From positions 13,270,001 to 13,334,000 of the forward strand of contig NC_086118.1 of assembly GCF_963921235.1 (NCBI RefSeq): a stretch of 64,000 nucleotides of DNA. Direction: 5' to 3'. Under the pieces are notes generated by a model that saw nothing but the letters and a program-made list of their open reading frames with translations, was not told the DNA's origin and made no database searches. Origin of the DNA: Mobula hypostoma. Taxonomy: Eukaryota. Made by a program: the position numbers and the translations under genes. Positions within the stretch are counted from its first letter, which is position 1. The number at the start of each line of letters is the position of its first letter. This document shows positions 1-12,707 of this stretch, one piece after another.

Positions 1-1231
1 AAGGTCATCCACACTTATTTCTTCATCATAAGAATCCAGGAGTTCTACCACATCAGCAGTCTCGACATCTGAGAATCCTTCCCCATCAATTTTACGGCCC
101 AGGGCCACACAATCCTGGACAGCTGCGGTAAAGGCAGGAAACCCCTTGAAGGTGTGCACACACTCCACCCAAATTGATTTCCACGCTCTATTGAGAGTGG
201 AAGACCTGACCTCTTTCCAGGATTCGACAATGTTGCTGATGGCATGTCTGCTGTTGAAGGACTTCCACCATTCCCTCCATGTTTAGGATGGGCTGGCGCA
301 TTATCAAGCAACGAAAGAACCTTAAAGGCCAGATTCTGTTCCCAGCAGTAGAGTTCAGCCTCAACAGCAAAGTGATTAGCAAACCCATCTTCAACGACTT
401 GACCAGTGACCCATGCTTTCTTGTTAGCTGCCCAGTGGACAGGAAGCATATTCTTACTCAAACCCTTAACAGCACAGGAGTTTAGTGAATGGTAGACTAC
501 GAGAGGCTTCATCTTACAGTCTCCTTCAGCACTGGAACACATAAGCAGAGTCAACCTATCCTTTGCTGCCTTGAAACCTGACGCAGTCTTTTCATCCTTA
601 GTTACTTAAGTGCGTTTCGGCATATGCTTCCAAAAAAGCCCGGTCTCATCTGCGTTAAACACCTGCTTTGGTGTGATGCCTAACTGAGCTATCATATCCC
701 GCAACTGCACAGGGTAGCGTTCAGCAGCTTTCTGGTCAAAACTAGCCTGCTCACCATGCGCAGCTAAGTTGCGAAGCCTCTGACGATTAATAAACTTAGA
801 AAACCATCCCCTACTTGCACTAAAGCTAACAATATCACTTGACACTTCCTTACTTGCCTCTGAACAAAGCCGACCATAAATTTCCAAAGCTTTCACGTGA
901 AGATGATTGGCACTGAGTGTTGTTTTTTACTTTGTTTCATGCTCAAAGTACAAACTCAGCACTTTCTCCATTCTTGTCATAATCGGGTGATGCACTTCGG
1001 TATCAATCTTTGAAGACACTTGAGACTCAATCACTGCACTTTTTATTTTTTCAGCATTTTTCTTCATGTTCCTGATCGTGGATCCACCCAGGCCGAAGCA
1101 GCGTCCCAGAACTGTGTTACCTTCACCTGACCCAGCCCTGTCTATAATTTCCAACCTTTTTTCACGTGTTAAAGCGGTTCTCTGCCGCTTGGCTGATGGG
1201 CAGGACTTGACATAGGATGCTTAGGAGACAT
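1..1231 (-). mobile_element. Tigger/pogo-family DNA transposon; frameshifted, internally deleted transposase (HTH-psq, CENP-B HTH, partial DDE)
   Basis: Minus-strand pieces: KRQRTALTREKRLEIIDR (psq HTH), FSASRGWFSKF (CENP-B HTH), QVFNADETGLFWKHMPKRT, DRLTLLMCSSAEGDCKMKPLVVY, WAANKKAWVT, LLDNAPAHP. The QPxDQG region appears deleted near 279. No TIR found, and the element runs off the window start. Confidence 0.9.
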
Positions 1232-1589
1232 GGTTAAATATTTCAAACACGAAATCACTGCACCATAGGTAATAACAACAAAAGGTTAAGAGCACAAGAT
1301 CGCACATCCACATGCTGCCACTACCAATGTGAGACTGGCGGGAGTGAGACTATGAGGCACGTGCACGTGGCTTGTTTTTGCGGGAAAGCGGTGCGTCTCG
1401 TCCCACACAATACTGGTCGGCCAACAGCCTCGCAGACTCCACCACACACACATGCATAACTGTGAGTTTTGGACATATTTAAGGAGAAGTTGATCAAAAT
1501 ATGTTTGACACACAACTGTGAAAACACATTGTCTGAAGACACATATAATGGGGATAGGGTGCAATTGGTATAAATGTCTTTAAAACTGC

Positions 1590-1745
1590 TTCATATCTTT
1601 CTTACAATTCACCATCCCACCAGCTTAGTGTTGTCAGCAAATTTTGAACTGTATTGTTTTATTCCCTGAGGATTTACTGCATATTGTTAACAGCTAGAGC
1701 CAAGTATCAACCCATGTGGTATCTCACTAGTTACCATCTGCCACT
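1590..1745 (-). mobile_element. Short degraded CR1 RT fragment
   Basis: Reverse complement encodes GIPHGLILG-like and KFADNTKL-like motifs. Confidence 0.55.
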
Positions 1746-2044
1746 TTTTGTCAATCAGTTTTCACTCTACATCAATACAGTGTCCCAATATTAGACACTT
1801 TAAACTCATACCCTCATACATGTGGGATTTTATCACACTGCATTCATTAGCATCCTTATCTATTCTAGATCCTCACAATTATTCAGAGTTATTAAATGTT
1901 ATTTCTCCTTCAGGAGGCTATGATGTCTTTTTCTAATGTACCTGATCTTTTCAAAGTGTCTGGTTATATCAACCTTTGCAGAAGGCAAGGAAATACTTGC
2001 TTTCACTATCCAAGGAATAGATTATGTTTACATTATATGTCAAT

Positions 2045-2957
2045 TATTTGGATGATTGAATTGATGGCTTTGTTACAATGTTTGCTGATAATACAAAGGT
2101 AGGTGGAGGGGAAGGTAGTTTTGAGTAAGTAAAGAGGCTACAGAAGAACTTAGACAGATTAGGAGAATGGGCAAAGAAGTGGCAGGTGGAATATAGTGTC
2201 AGGAAGTGTACTGTCAGGGACTTTGGTAGAAGAAAGGAAAGAGTTGACTGTTTTCCAAATGGAGGGAAAATTCAAAAATCTGACGTGCAAAGGGACTTGG
2301 GAGTCCATGTGCAGGATTCCCTAAAGGTTAATTTTCAGGCTGGTGGGGAAGGTGCTGTTAGCATTCAATTCAAGGAAACTAGAATATAAAAGCAAGGAAG
2401 TAATGATGAGACTTTATAAAGCACTGGTGAGGCCTCACTTGGAGTATTGTGAGCAGTTTAGGGCCCTTTATCTTAGAAAGGATGTGCTGACACTGGAGCG
2501 GGTCCAAAGGAAGTTCACGAAAATGATTCCAGGATTGAGCAGCTTGTCATATGAAAAGGGTTTGATGGCTCTGGGCCTGTATTCACTAGAATTCAGAAGA
2601 ATGATGGGTGACCGAATAGAAACATATTGAATGGTGAAAGGTTTTGATAGAGTGGATGTGAAGAGTATGTTTCCTATGCTGGGAGAGTCTAGAACAGAGG
2701 GGCATCCTTTTAGAACCATGGTAAGCAGGAATTTCTTTAGCCAGAGGATGCTGAATCTGTGGAATTTGTTGCCGCCAGATGTGGTGGCTACGCCTTTACA
2801 AATATTTAAGGTTCTTGACTGGTCAGGGCATGAAGGAATACAGGGAGAAGACAGGAGATTGGGGCTGAGAGGAATAATGAATCAGTGTGATGAAACGGTG
2901 AAGCAGAATCGATAGGCCAAATGGCCTAATTCTGCTCCTCTATGTTATGGTCTTATA
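2045..2957 (+). mobile_element. 5'-truncated CR1 LINE (RT C-terminus and 3' UTR)
   Basis: FADNTK, LYKALVRPHLEYCEQF, LERVQRKFTKMIPG, NFFSQR. Ends in a GGCC-AAAT-GGCC stem and TTATGGTC-type tail. Confidence 0.92.
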
Positions 2958-3744
2958 AAACTATGGAAGTTATGTTACAACCACAAGAAATACTGGTTAG
3001 GCTTCAGCTGAAGTATCGTGGACAATTCTAGTTGCTACACTATAAGGACAAGTTTACTCCGGAGAGTGTGCAGAAGAGATTCACTAGGATTTTCCCGAGA
3101 TAAAATTTCTCTGAACTTCTATATTTTAGTATCACAGAGTAAGAGAGAAAGATCCTTTAGCCCATTAAATCTTGTTGAAATTCAACTACCATTTTTACAC
3201 TAATCCTACTGTATCTTGATCCATTTTATTCTCTACATTTGGCAGATCCCTGTTTTCTTTCTCCTTTTTTTTACATTACAGAGTTACAATTCTCTTCATT
3301 TGATATGCAGGGACTGATCCTTGGTCTATAAAATTCTGGAAAGTGATAACCAGTGAACCCATTATTTCCACAGCTACCTCTCTTAAGTACTTTGGGATGC
3401 AAATTATGAGTCCTTACATGTTTATTCGTTTCCACTGTCATTAATTTTTCCAGCAGCATTTTGTTACTAACATTAATTTCCCTTAATTGTGTCAACTTCA
3501 TGAGGTTTTTGATTCATGAACGTTTCTGGAAATATACTTCTGACTTTTTTGTGGCATTTGTTTAACTGCACTGCTGTTTCCCTTTCCTTTTATGAATTCT
3601 CCCTTTTCTGATTGGAGGCAATCAACGTAGAGTTTCATGCTCAAATTTTGCTCTTTTAATCAATTTCTTTATTTGTTGAATCTCAGGCTAGTATATAGTG
3701 GCATATACACACTTTGATAATAAATTTACTTAGAACTTTGCTCC

Positions 3745-6700
3745 CAGTCCTCAGCTTCAGCCAGAAGTCTCGATGCACGTTGGTACCAATGACACAGGTA
3801 GAAAAAGGGAGGAGGTTCTGAAGAGAGAATTCAGGGAGTTGGGTGGGAAGCTGAAAAGCAGGACCTCGAGGGTATGCAATCTCAGGATTGCTGTCTGTGC
3901 CACATGATAATGATTGCAAGAATAGCATGATCAGGAATATTAATGTGCGGCTGAGAGACTGTTGTAGAGGGCAGGAATTCAGATTCCTGGATCATTAGGG
4001 CCTCTTCTGGGAGAGTTACGATCTGCAGAGAAAGGACGGGCTACACCTGAACTCAAAGGCATCCAACATCCTAGCGGGCACGTTTAATAGGGCTCTTAGG
4101 GAGGTCTTAAACCAATTTGGCAGGGGAATGGGAACCGGAGTGATAGGGTTGAGGAAGAGGAAAACGGAAATAAATTAAAGATAGCATGCGACAGAGATTA
4201 TAGAAAGAACAGGCAGGAGATAACGCTTAATCAAAGCCAGTGGCATGAGTTACAGGGCAATGGAGGCGTGGTGCAGTTAAATCAGAAAGCAACAAATACT
4301 GGACTGAAAGTGGTGTCTTTGAACTTACGCTGCATAAGGAATAAAATGGGCGATCTTGAAATTCATCTACAGATTGGCAAAAATGATATTGTGGCTATTT
4401 CTGAAACTTGGTTAAAGGATGGCTGCCATTGGGAGCTTAACGCCTAAGGATATACAGTATATCAGAAAGATAGGCTAGTAGGCAGAGGGGGTGGTGTGGC
4501 TCTGTGTATAAGAAATAATATTAAATCACTGGAAAGAGATAACAGGATTGGAAGGTGTAGAGTCCCGATGGGTTGAGTTAAGAAATGGCAAGGGTAAAAG
4601 GACCCGAATGGCAGTTGTATACAGGCCTCCAAACAGCAGCTGGGATGTTGTTTACAGCAGGAGACAGAAAAGGCAATGTGATAATAATCATTGGGGATTT
4701 TAACATGAAAGTGGATTGGGAAAACCAGGTCAGTACTGGACCTCAAGAGAGAGAATTTGTAGAATGTCTAAGGGATGACTTTTTAGAATAGCTTGTTGTT
4801 GAGCCCACTGGATTGGGTGTTGTGCAATGATCCAGAGGTGATAAGAGAGCTTAAGGTTAAGGAACCCTTAAGGAACAGTATGATCAAGTTTACATTGAAA
4901 TTTCAGAGGGAGAAAATAAAATCCTATGTGTCGATATTTCAGTGAAATAAAGGAAATTACAATAGCATGAGAGGGGAACTGGCTGAAGTTGACTGGAAAG
5001 AGACTTTTGCAGGAAAGACAACAGAGCAGCAATGGCTGGAGTTTCTTTGAAAAATGAGGGAAGTGCAAAACAGATATATTCCAAATAAGAAGAAATTTTC
5101 AAAAGGCAGAAGGACACTACCATGGCCGACAAGTGAAGTCAGAGCCAAAGTAAAATAAAAGAGAGGGCATACAAGGAAGACAGAGCTAGTGGGAAGATAG
5201 AAGATTGGGGAGCTTTTAAAAACTTGCAGAAGGAAACTTAAAAGGTAATTCAGAAGGAAATGATGAATTATGAGAGGAAGCTGGTGACTAATATCAAAGA
5301 AGATACTAAAAGCTTTACTAAGTATATGAAGGGTAAAAGAGAGTCGAGGGTAGATATAGGACCAATACAAAATGATGCTGCAGAAATTGAAATCAGAGAT
5401 GCACAGATGGCAGAGGAACTGAATGCATATGTTGCATCAGTCTTCACAGTGGAAGACTTCTGTAGTGTACCAGACATTCAAGAGTGTCAGGGAGGTGAAG
5501 TTTATGCAGTGAAAATTACGATAGAGAAGGTGCTCAGGATGCTTAGTGGTCAGAGGGTGGATAAATTTCCTGGACCTGATGGAATGTACCCTCAGGTTCT
5601 GAAGGAAGTAGCTGGAGAGATTGTGGAGGCATTAACGATGATCTTTCAAGAATCGATAAATTCTGGCATTGTACCGGATGACTGGAAAATTGCAAATGTT
5701 ACTCCGCTATTTAAGAAGGGTGGGAGGCAGCAAAGGAAACTGTAGACCTGTTATCCTGACATCAGTAGTTGGGAAGTTGTTGGAATCGATTGATAGGGAC
5801 GAGATTACAGAGTACCTGGAGGCAGGTGACAAGATAGGCCAAAGCCTGCATGGTTTCCTGAAAGGAAAATCTTACCTGACAAACCTACTGCAATTCCTTG
5901 AGAAAATTATAAGCAGGGTAGACAAAGGAGATGTAATAGACATAGTGTATTTGAATTTTCAGAAGGCCTCTGACAAGGTGCTGCACATGAGACTGCTTAG
6001 CAAGATAAAAGCCCATGGAATTAAAGGGCAGCTACTAGCGTGGGTGGAGCATTGGCTGGTTGGCTGAAAAAAGAGTGGAAATAAGGGGATCCTATTCTGG
6101 CTGGCTGCCGATTACCAGTGGAGTTCCACAGGGGTCGGTGTTGGGACCGCTGCTTTTTACAATGTATGTCAATGATTTGGACTATGGGATTAATGGATTT
6201 GTAGCTAAATTTGCCAATGATACAAAGATAGGTGGAGGAGCAGGTAGTGTTGAGGAAATAGAGAGCCTGCAGAGAGACTTAGATAGTTTAGGGGAATAGG
6301 CAAAGAAGTGGCAAATGAAATACAATGTTGGAAAGTGTATGGTCGTGCACTTTGGTGGAAGAAATAAACGGGCAGACTATTATTTAGATGGGGAGTGAAC
6401 TCAAAATGTAGAGATGCAAAGGGACTTGAGAGTCTTTGTGTAAGATACCCTAAAGGTTAACCTCCAGGTTGAGTTGGTTGTGAAGAAGGGGAATACAATG
6501 TTGGCATTCATTTTAAAGGTGTAGAATATAAGAGCCAGAATGTGATGTTGAGGCTTTATATGGCACTCATGAGACCACACTTGGAGTATTGTGTGCAGTT
6601 TGGGGATCCTTATTTTAGAAAGGATATACTTAAATTAGAGAGGGTTCAGAGAAGATTCATGAGAATGATTCCAGGAATGAAAGGGTTACTGTATGAGGAA

Positions 6701-7143
6701 CATCTGGCAGCTCTTGGGCTATATTCCCTGGAGTTCAGGAGAATGAGGGGGGATCTCATAGAAACATTCTGAATGTTAAAAGGCCTGAACAGATTAAATA
6801 TGGCAAAATTATTTCCCATGGTAGGGAATTCTAGGACAAGAGGGCACAACTTCAGGATTGAAGGACGACCTTTTAGAACTGAGATGTGGAGAAATTCCTT
6901 TAGTCAGAGGGTGGTAAATCTGTGGAATTGTTGCCACGAGCGGCTGTAGAGACCAAGTCATTGGGTGTATTTAAGGCAGAGAAGGATAAGTTCTTGATTA
7001 GACAGGGCATCAAAGAGTATGTGGTGAAAGCAGGGGAGTGGGGATAACCAGAAGAATTGGATCAGCCGTGATTGAATGGAGGAGCTGACTCGATGGGCCG
7101 AATAGCCTGCTTCTACTCCTATATCTTATGGTTTTATGGTTTT
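3745..7143 (+). mobile_element. Near-full-length decayed CR1 LINE (ORF1 esterase C-half, ORF2 APE endonuclease and RT)
   Basis: ORF1 SGNH-esterase motifs HVGTND (~3776) and KDGLHLN (~4032). APE motifs ISETWL and IIGDFN. RT motifs [42 protein letters not shown]. Tail TTATGGTTTTATGG. Many stops and frameshifts. Confidence 0.95.
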
Positions 7144-8426
7144 TACCACGATATCTAACAATCTTATACAGCTCCTCTTTGGATCTAATGCCATCCTTAA
7201 CTTCTTTTGTAAGCGATGGTTCAGAAAGCTTTTAATTACCATTTATACACTAGACAGGCAGGAATATGTAATTTATACAGTTCCTGCATTTACTTCTCAG
7301 ATGTTAGCCAACGCCCATCTATCATTATATCTTTTAACGAAACTTCACAACTTCATAGCTTCCTTTGATTACATTTAGGATCCTAGTTTTGGATTAAAAT
7401 TACTTCACTTTCCATCTTAAATAAGAACTCCTTATTCACTTATCCCTAAAGGATCTCACAGGACTAGATTACTAACAAATCCTTTCCTGTTGAACGTTAG
7501 TCCACTTGAGTTTAAACTGAGTGAAAGTGGGGCAAACAGCATGACCAAGGCAACCCAGGAGACTAGGAGGTGGGAATAGAAAAGTCACAGTTAAGAAAGC
7601 CAAGAATAGACATGTGGCAGAAACACCAGAGTTATTCTGGTGTAGTGAGAGGATTGAAAAGCAAGAGACCTTGTGTTAAGAAGTTTTTCTTTAAACTTGG
7701 AACAGTTCTTGAAGTTTCAAACTGATACAAGGAGTCAACATACTATATCAGACAAATGGAACTATTTGTCTGACTCATTAGAATGGTACTTCTTGGGGAG
7801 GTCCTCTAGGAATACAAATGAAAATCACCTCCTAGGCTTTTCATCTAGATTGGCAGAGACTGATTTAGCAGCATTAGAACAGAACCATCCAAGATTGGTA
7901 GCCATGTGGTAAAAAGGTCGACAGAGAGACAGCTTAGAATGTTACAGAAACCTTGAGGTGAGTCCACAATAAGAATAACAGAAGCACACTATCTGCCTGG
8001 AATCACACTGAGTCACTGTTGAGATATTGAGCTCATTCAGAATGTTGCTAATTATGCAGCTTTTCTCTTGGGTCCACACACACACAGAAATGAAAACACA
8101 GTGATATGGGAATAGTATTGACAACCAGACAAGCTGGAGCTCACTTTCAGGAGTGAGGGGCTGATTTACTGTGCAGAAGGCCACTGAAGCTATTGATCAG
8201 TGGAGGACACAGTAATATTCTGGCGCAAATCAATATTATGAGGGCTGAGGTCCTGAAATAACTGATTCTTGAGACTTCGGTGAAAACATGTCCCACTAAG
8301 AAAAGTGCTAATTCTGTTGAAAATTAATAACATTTTCTTATTTAAAGTAATCAGGGTTGATCATCTGAGGGTCTTTTGCACAAATGCAACATTTTTTCAC
8401 ATGTTTGTTTTTAATTTTGTAAATTA

Positions 8427-11116
8427 CCGTATATTCCGGAGTATAAACCAACCTGGAGTATAAAATGAACCCCCTCATTTTCAAGGTTAAAAAATTGACT
8501 TTTTCATGTTACCTTTGTATAAGCCAACCCCTTTCGCAGAGATTTTTGATTTAACTAGAAAAGGTCACACGATCTCACATGCTGGTACTCAGCTTTGTGA
8601 GATCCGGAAGCTGGAAATTTTGTGAACCAGTACCTGCTAAGAAAACAGGCCTACACATTGTAGAGCATTATAAGCGAATTCTTAGTAAATAAATCAGGAA
8701 GGGAAATTTTGGATTAGGTCTCCACTGGTAAAGAATCCTCTGAAATGTAACCCCCGTGAAACCATTTAGTGCCCATCATAATCTCGTTAAAACGTAACAG
8801 GGGTTGGCGGAATAGTTTGCAACCACCATGTACAAAAGATTAAAACGAATGCGATATGATGCTGGCATCAAGCTGAAGGTTGTTGATTTTGCTAAAGGAA
8901 CGAATAATTCTGCTAAGAAGTTTAGTGTAAACGAGAAACAAATGAGAGAGTGGAGAAAGGCAGAGGACACGCTGAGGAAAATGCCAAAGACGAAATGTGC
9001 AAAGTTCAGGAAAACATGCCAGTGGCCAGAACTGGAAGAAAATGTTTTAGAGTGGGTGAATCACCAGCGATCGTCTGGATACATTGTTACCAGAGAAGTG
9101 ATTCGAGTCCAAGCATTGAAATAGGACGAGAAACACTGTGAGGTCAGCGAAAATTTCAAAGCTACGCGAAGTTAGTGTACCAGATTTATGAATAGATGTG
9201 ATCTTGTGTTGAGACAAACAACCAAGGTTGCTCAGAAAATTCCCGCGGGGTGTTGTTGTTTACGTCCAAAAACGCTGCTGGATGGACGAAGCGGGTTGCT
9301 TGACGTGGGTTAAAGAGGTGTGGCATCGACGTCCCGAAGGTTTCGGGAAAGCAAAGTCACTACTTGTCTGGGACACGTTCAAAGTGCACTTGTCAGGTGA
9401 GACAAAAGCAGCATTGAAAGCTGAAAATACGGACAATGCAGTCATCCCCGATGGTTTGATGTCCGTGCTTCAGCCACTAAATATGAGTTTAAACAAACCA
9501 TTCAAGGAATTAATGTGTCGACAGTGGAATGAATTTGACTCAAAAACAGCCAATAAATATGACCTGTCTTCCGTGTATTCGTTTTTCCAAAGTTGGCACC
9601 CTCTGTATAAGCCGACCCCCTAATTTTAGTACCAAAATTTAGGGCCAAATTAGACCATAAGACCATAAGACAAAGGAGCAGAAGTAGGCCATTCGGCCCA
9701 TCGAGTCTGCTCCGCCATTTTATCACGAGCTGATCCATTTATCCTATTTAGTCCCACTGCCTTCTCACCATAACCTTTGACGCACTGGCTACTCAGATAC
9801 CTATCAATCTCTGCCTTAAATACACCCAATGACTTGGCCTCCACTGCTGCCTGTGGCAACAAATTCCATAGATTCATCACCCTCTGACTAAAAAAATGTT
9901 TTCGCATTTCTGTTCTGAAAGGGCGCCCTTCAATCCTGAAGTCATGCCCTCTCGTACTAGACTCCCCCATCATGGGAAACAACTTTGCCACATCCACTCT
10001 GTGCATGCCTTTTAACATTCAAAATGTTTCTATGAGGTCTCCCCTCATTCTTCTAAACTCCAAGGAATACAATCCAAGAGTGGACAAACGTTCCTCATAT
10101 GTTAACCCTCTCATTCCCGGAATCATTCTAGTGAATCTTCTCTGTACCCTCTCCAACATCAGCACATCCTTTCTTAAATAAGGAGACCAAAACTGCCCAC
10201 AGTACTCCAAGTGAGGTCTCACCAGTGCCTTATAGAGCCTCAACGTCACATCCCTGCTTCTATACTCTATTCCTCTAGAAATGAATGCCAACATTGCATT
10301 CGCCTTCTTCACTACCGACTCAACCTGGAGGTTAACTTTAAGGGAATCCTGTACGAGGACTCTCAAGTCCCGTTGCATCTCAGAACTTTGAATTCTTTCC
10401 CCATTTAAATAATAGTCTTCCCGTTTATTTTTTCTGCCAAAGTGCATAACCATACACTTTCCAACATTGTATTTCATTTGCCACTTCTCTGTCCATTCTT
10501 CCAATCTATCCAAGTCTCTCTGCAGACCCTTCGTTTCCTCAGCACTACCGGCCCCTCCACCTATCTTCATATCGTCAGCAAACTTAGCCACAAAGCCATC
10601 TATTCCATAATCCAAATCATTGATGTACAATGTAAAAAGAAGCGGCCCCAACACTGATCCCTGTGGAACACCACTGGTAACCAGCAGCCAACCAGAATAG
10701 GATCCCTTTATTCCCACTCTGTTTCCTGCCAATCAGCCAACGCTCTATCCATGTATGTAACTTTCCTGTAATTCCATGGGCTCTTATCTTGTTAAGCAGC
10801 CTCATGTGTGGCACCTTGTCAAAGGCCTTCTGAAAATCCAAATATACAACATCCACTACATCTCCCTTGTCTAGCTTACTGGTAATTTCCTCAAAAAATT
10901 GTAATAGGTTTGTCAGGCAGGATTTTCCTTTAAGGAATCCATGCTGAGTTCTGCCTATCTTGTCATATGCCCCCAGGTACCCTGTAACCTCATCCTTGAC
11001 AATTGACTCCAACAACTTCCCAACCACCGACGTCAAGCTAACAGGTCTATAATTTCCTTTTTGCTTCCTTGCCCCCTTCTTAAATAGCGAAATAGTTTAT
11101 ACACCGGAATTTACGG
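8427..11116 (+). mobile_element. pogo-superfamily transposon (POGK-like: Brinker-type DBD, HTH_Tc5, partial DDE), internally deleted
   Basis: 22-bp TIRs CCGTATATTCCGGAGTATAAAC and CCGTAAATTCCGGTGTATAAAC (2 mismatches). TA TSD at 8425-8426 and 11117-11118. ORFs MRYDAGIKLKVVDFA, WPELEENVLEWV, WMDE, LLVWDTFKVH, IPDGLMSVLQPLNMSLNKPFK. The first catalytic D region is missing near 9235. Confidence 0.93.
9652..11089 (-). mobile_element. Young 5'-truncated CR1 LINE nested in the pogo element
   Basis: Well-preserved RT ORFs ([32 protein letters not shown]). (TCTTATGG)n tail at the 9652 end, just inside the pogo right end. Confidence 0.95.
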
Positions 11117-11893
11117 TATATGATTATATGATAGCCCAATGCCCACAAAATCAGTTGTCCTAGACAAGAGATTATCATTTCAATTTGATAAAGAAGTGCG
11201 AAAAAATCTTTTAAAATGTATAATATATATGCCAGATGAAAGAGAAGAGTGAAAAACCTCTTTAAAACTAAAAACAGTGAACCTTCAACAATATTTACTC
11301 TTATTTTGTAGTTGCTCAAAGTGTGTCCCAAGTTTTTGTCAACACCGACAGATATTTATAAAAAAGCAATAAATTCTGGCAACCACGTGGTTAACTATAT
11401 TCCTGAGGACCCCTTTTCCACCCTCCACATCTGCTAAATGCAACAAGGTCAAACAAGCTCCTGTAGGTTTGCTATTTTTTCAATAATTTTGACACATTTA
11501 TTGATGTTGCTACTGTCATAACCATAATATGTCAACACTGTCTCTTTTGTATAGAAAGAATTATTTTAAATTATGACATAATTTATGCATTTTAAGTAGA
11601 GTCCAGAGACAGCTAGCAACAGAGGGAAAACAAGGTGGCTCCTGTATACAACTCATGCAAGTCATGTAAAAAAGTGTGTTTTTGTCACCACCGTCAGATG
11701 TCAAACCTGTCAGGTTTTCTGTCTGATGGTGGTGACAGATAGTTTGACGGTGTTGATACAGACATCCAAATCATCCTCAGTGGAGGCTTGAATATAATTT
11801 ATGATCACGTTAAGTAGTAATATGGCTTGTAATGCTTCATTAACCTCTTTATTTATAATGTACATAATTTCCCTTTTATTTCTTCCACACACA

Positions 11894-12526
11894 GGCCGAC
11901 AATAACACCCACGCTCTGTCCGCCAGAGAAAGCAGGATCTCCCAGTGGTCACGCATTTTAATTCCACATCCCATTCCCATTCTGACATGTCTATCCATGA
12001 CCTCCTCTACTGTGAAGATGAAGCCACACTCAGGTTGGAGGAACAACACCTTATATTCCGTCTGGGTAGCCTCCAACCTGATGGCATGACTTCTCAAACT
12101 TCCGCTAATGCCCCACCTCCCCCTCGTACCCCATCCATTATTTATTTATTAATATGCACACTTTCTTTTTCTCTCTCTCCCTTTTCTTCCTCTGTCCCTC
12201 TCACTATACCCCTTGCCCATCCTCTGGGCTTCCCCCCTCCCCCTTTTCTTTCTCCCTGGGCCTCCTGTCCCAGGAGGGATCCTCTCATATCCCTTTTGCC
12301 AATCACCTGTCCAGTTCTTGGCTCCATCCCTCCCCCTCCTGTCTTCTCCTATCATTTTGGATCTCCCCCTCCCCCTCCCACTTCCAAATCTCTTACCAGC
12401 TCTTCCTTAAGTTAGTCCTGACAAAGGGTCTCGGCCCGAAACGGTGACTGTACCTCTTCTGCGTTCACCAGCAACTTTTATGTGTGTTGCTTAAAATTCC
12501 AGCATCTGCAGATATCCTCGTGTTTG
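11894..12526 (+). mobile_element. Penelope-like element 3' fragment (GIY-YIG C-terminus and pseudo-LTR) inside the Sola element
   Basis: RSVRQRKQDLPVVTHFNSTSHSHSD...LRLEEQHLIFRLGSLQPDGM. Pyrimidine-rich 3' UTR with a degenerate hammerhead at 12414-12450. Confidence 0.9.
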
Positions 12527-12707
12527 AATATTTCCTTACTATATGTATCCCCAATGACTGAAAGCATAAATGAATTTAGTTTCACCATTTCATAATTATC
12601 TTATAAAATTTCACCAAATTAAACATAATTAAGTTCATTGTAATTTTGCACAATTTCATAGTAATTCCATTAAATCCTGCCCTTCCTTTTATGTATTTTA
12701 GGAAGTT

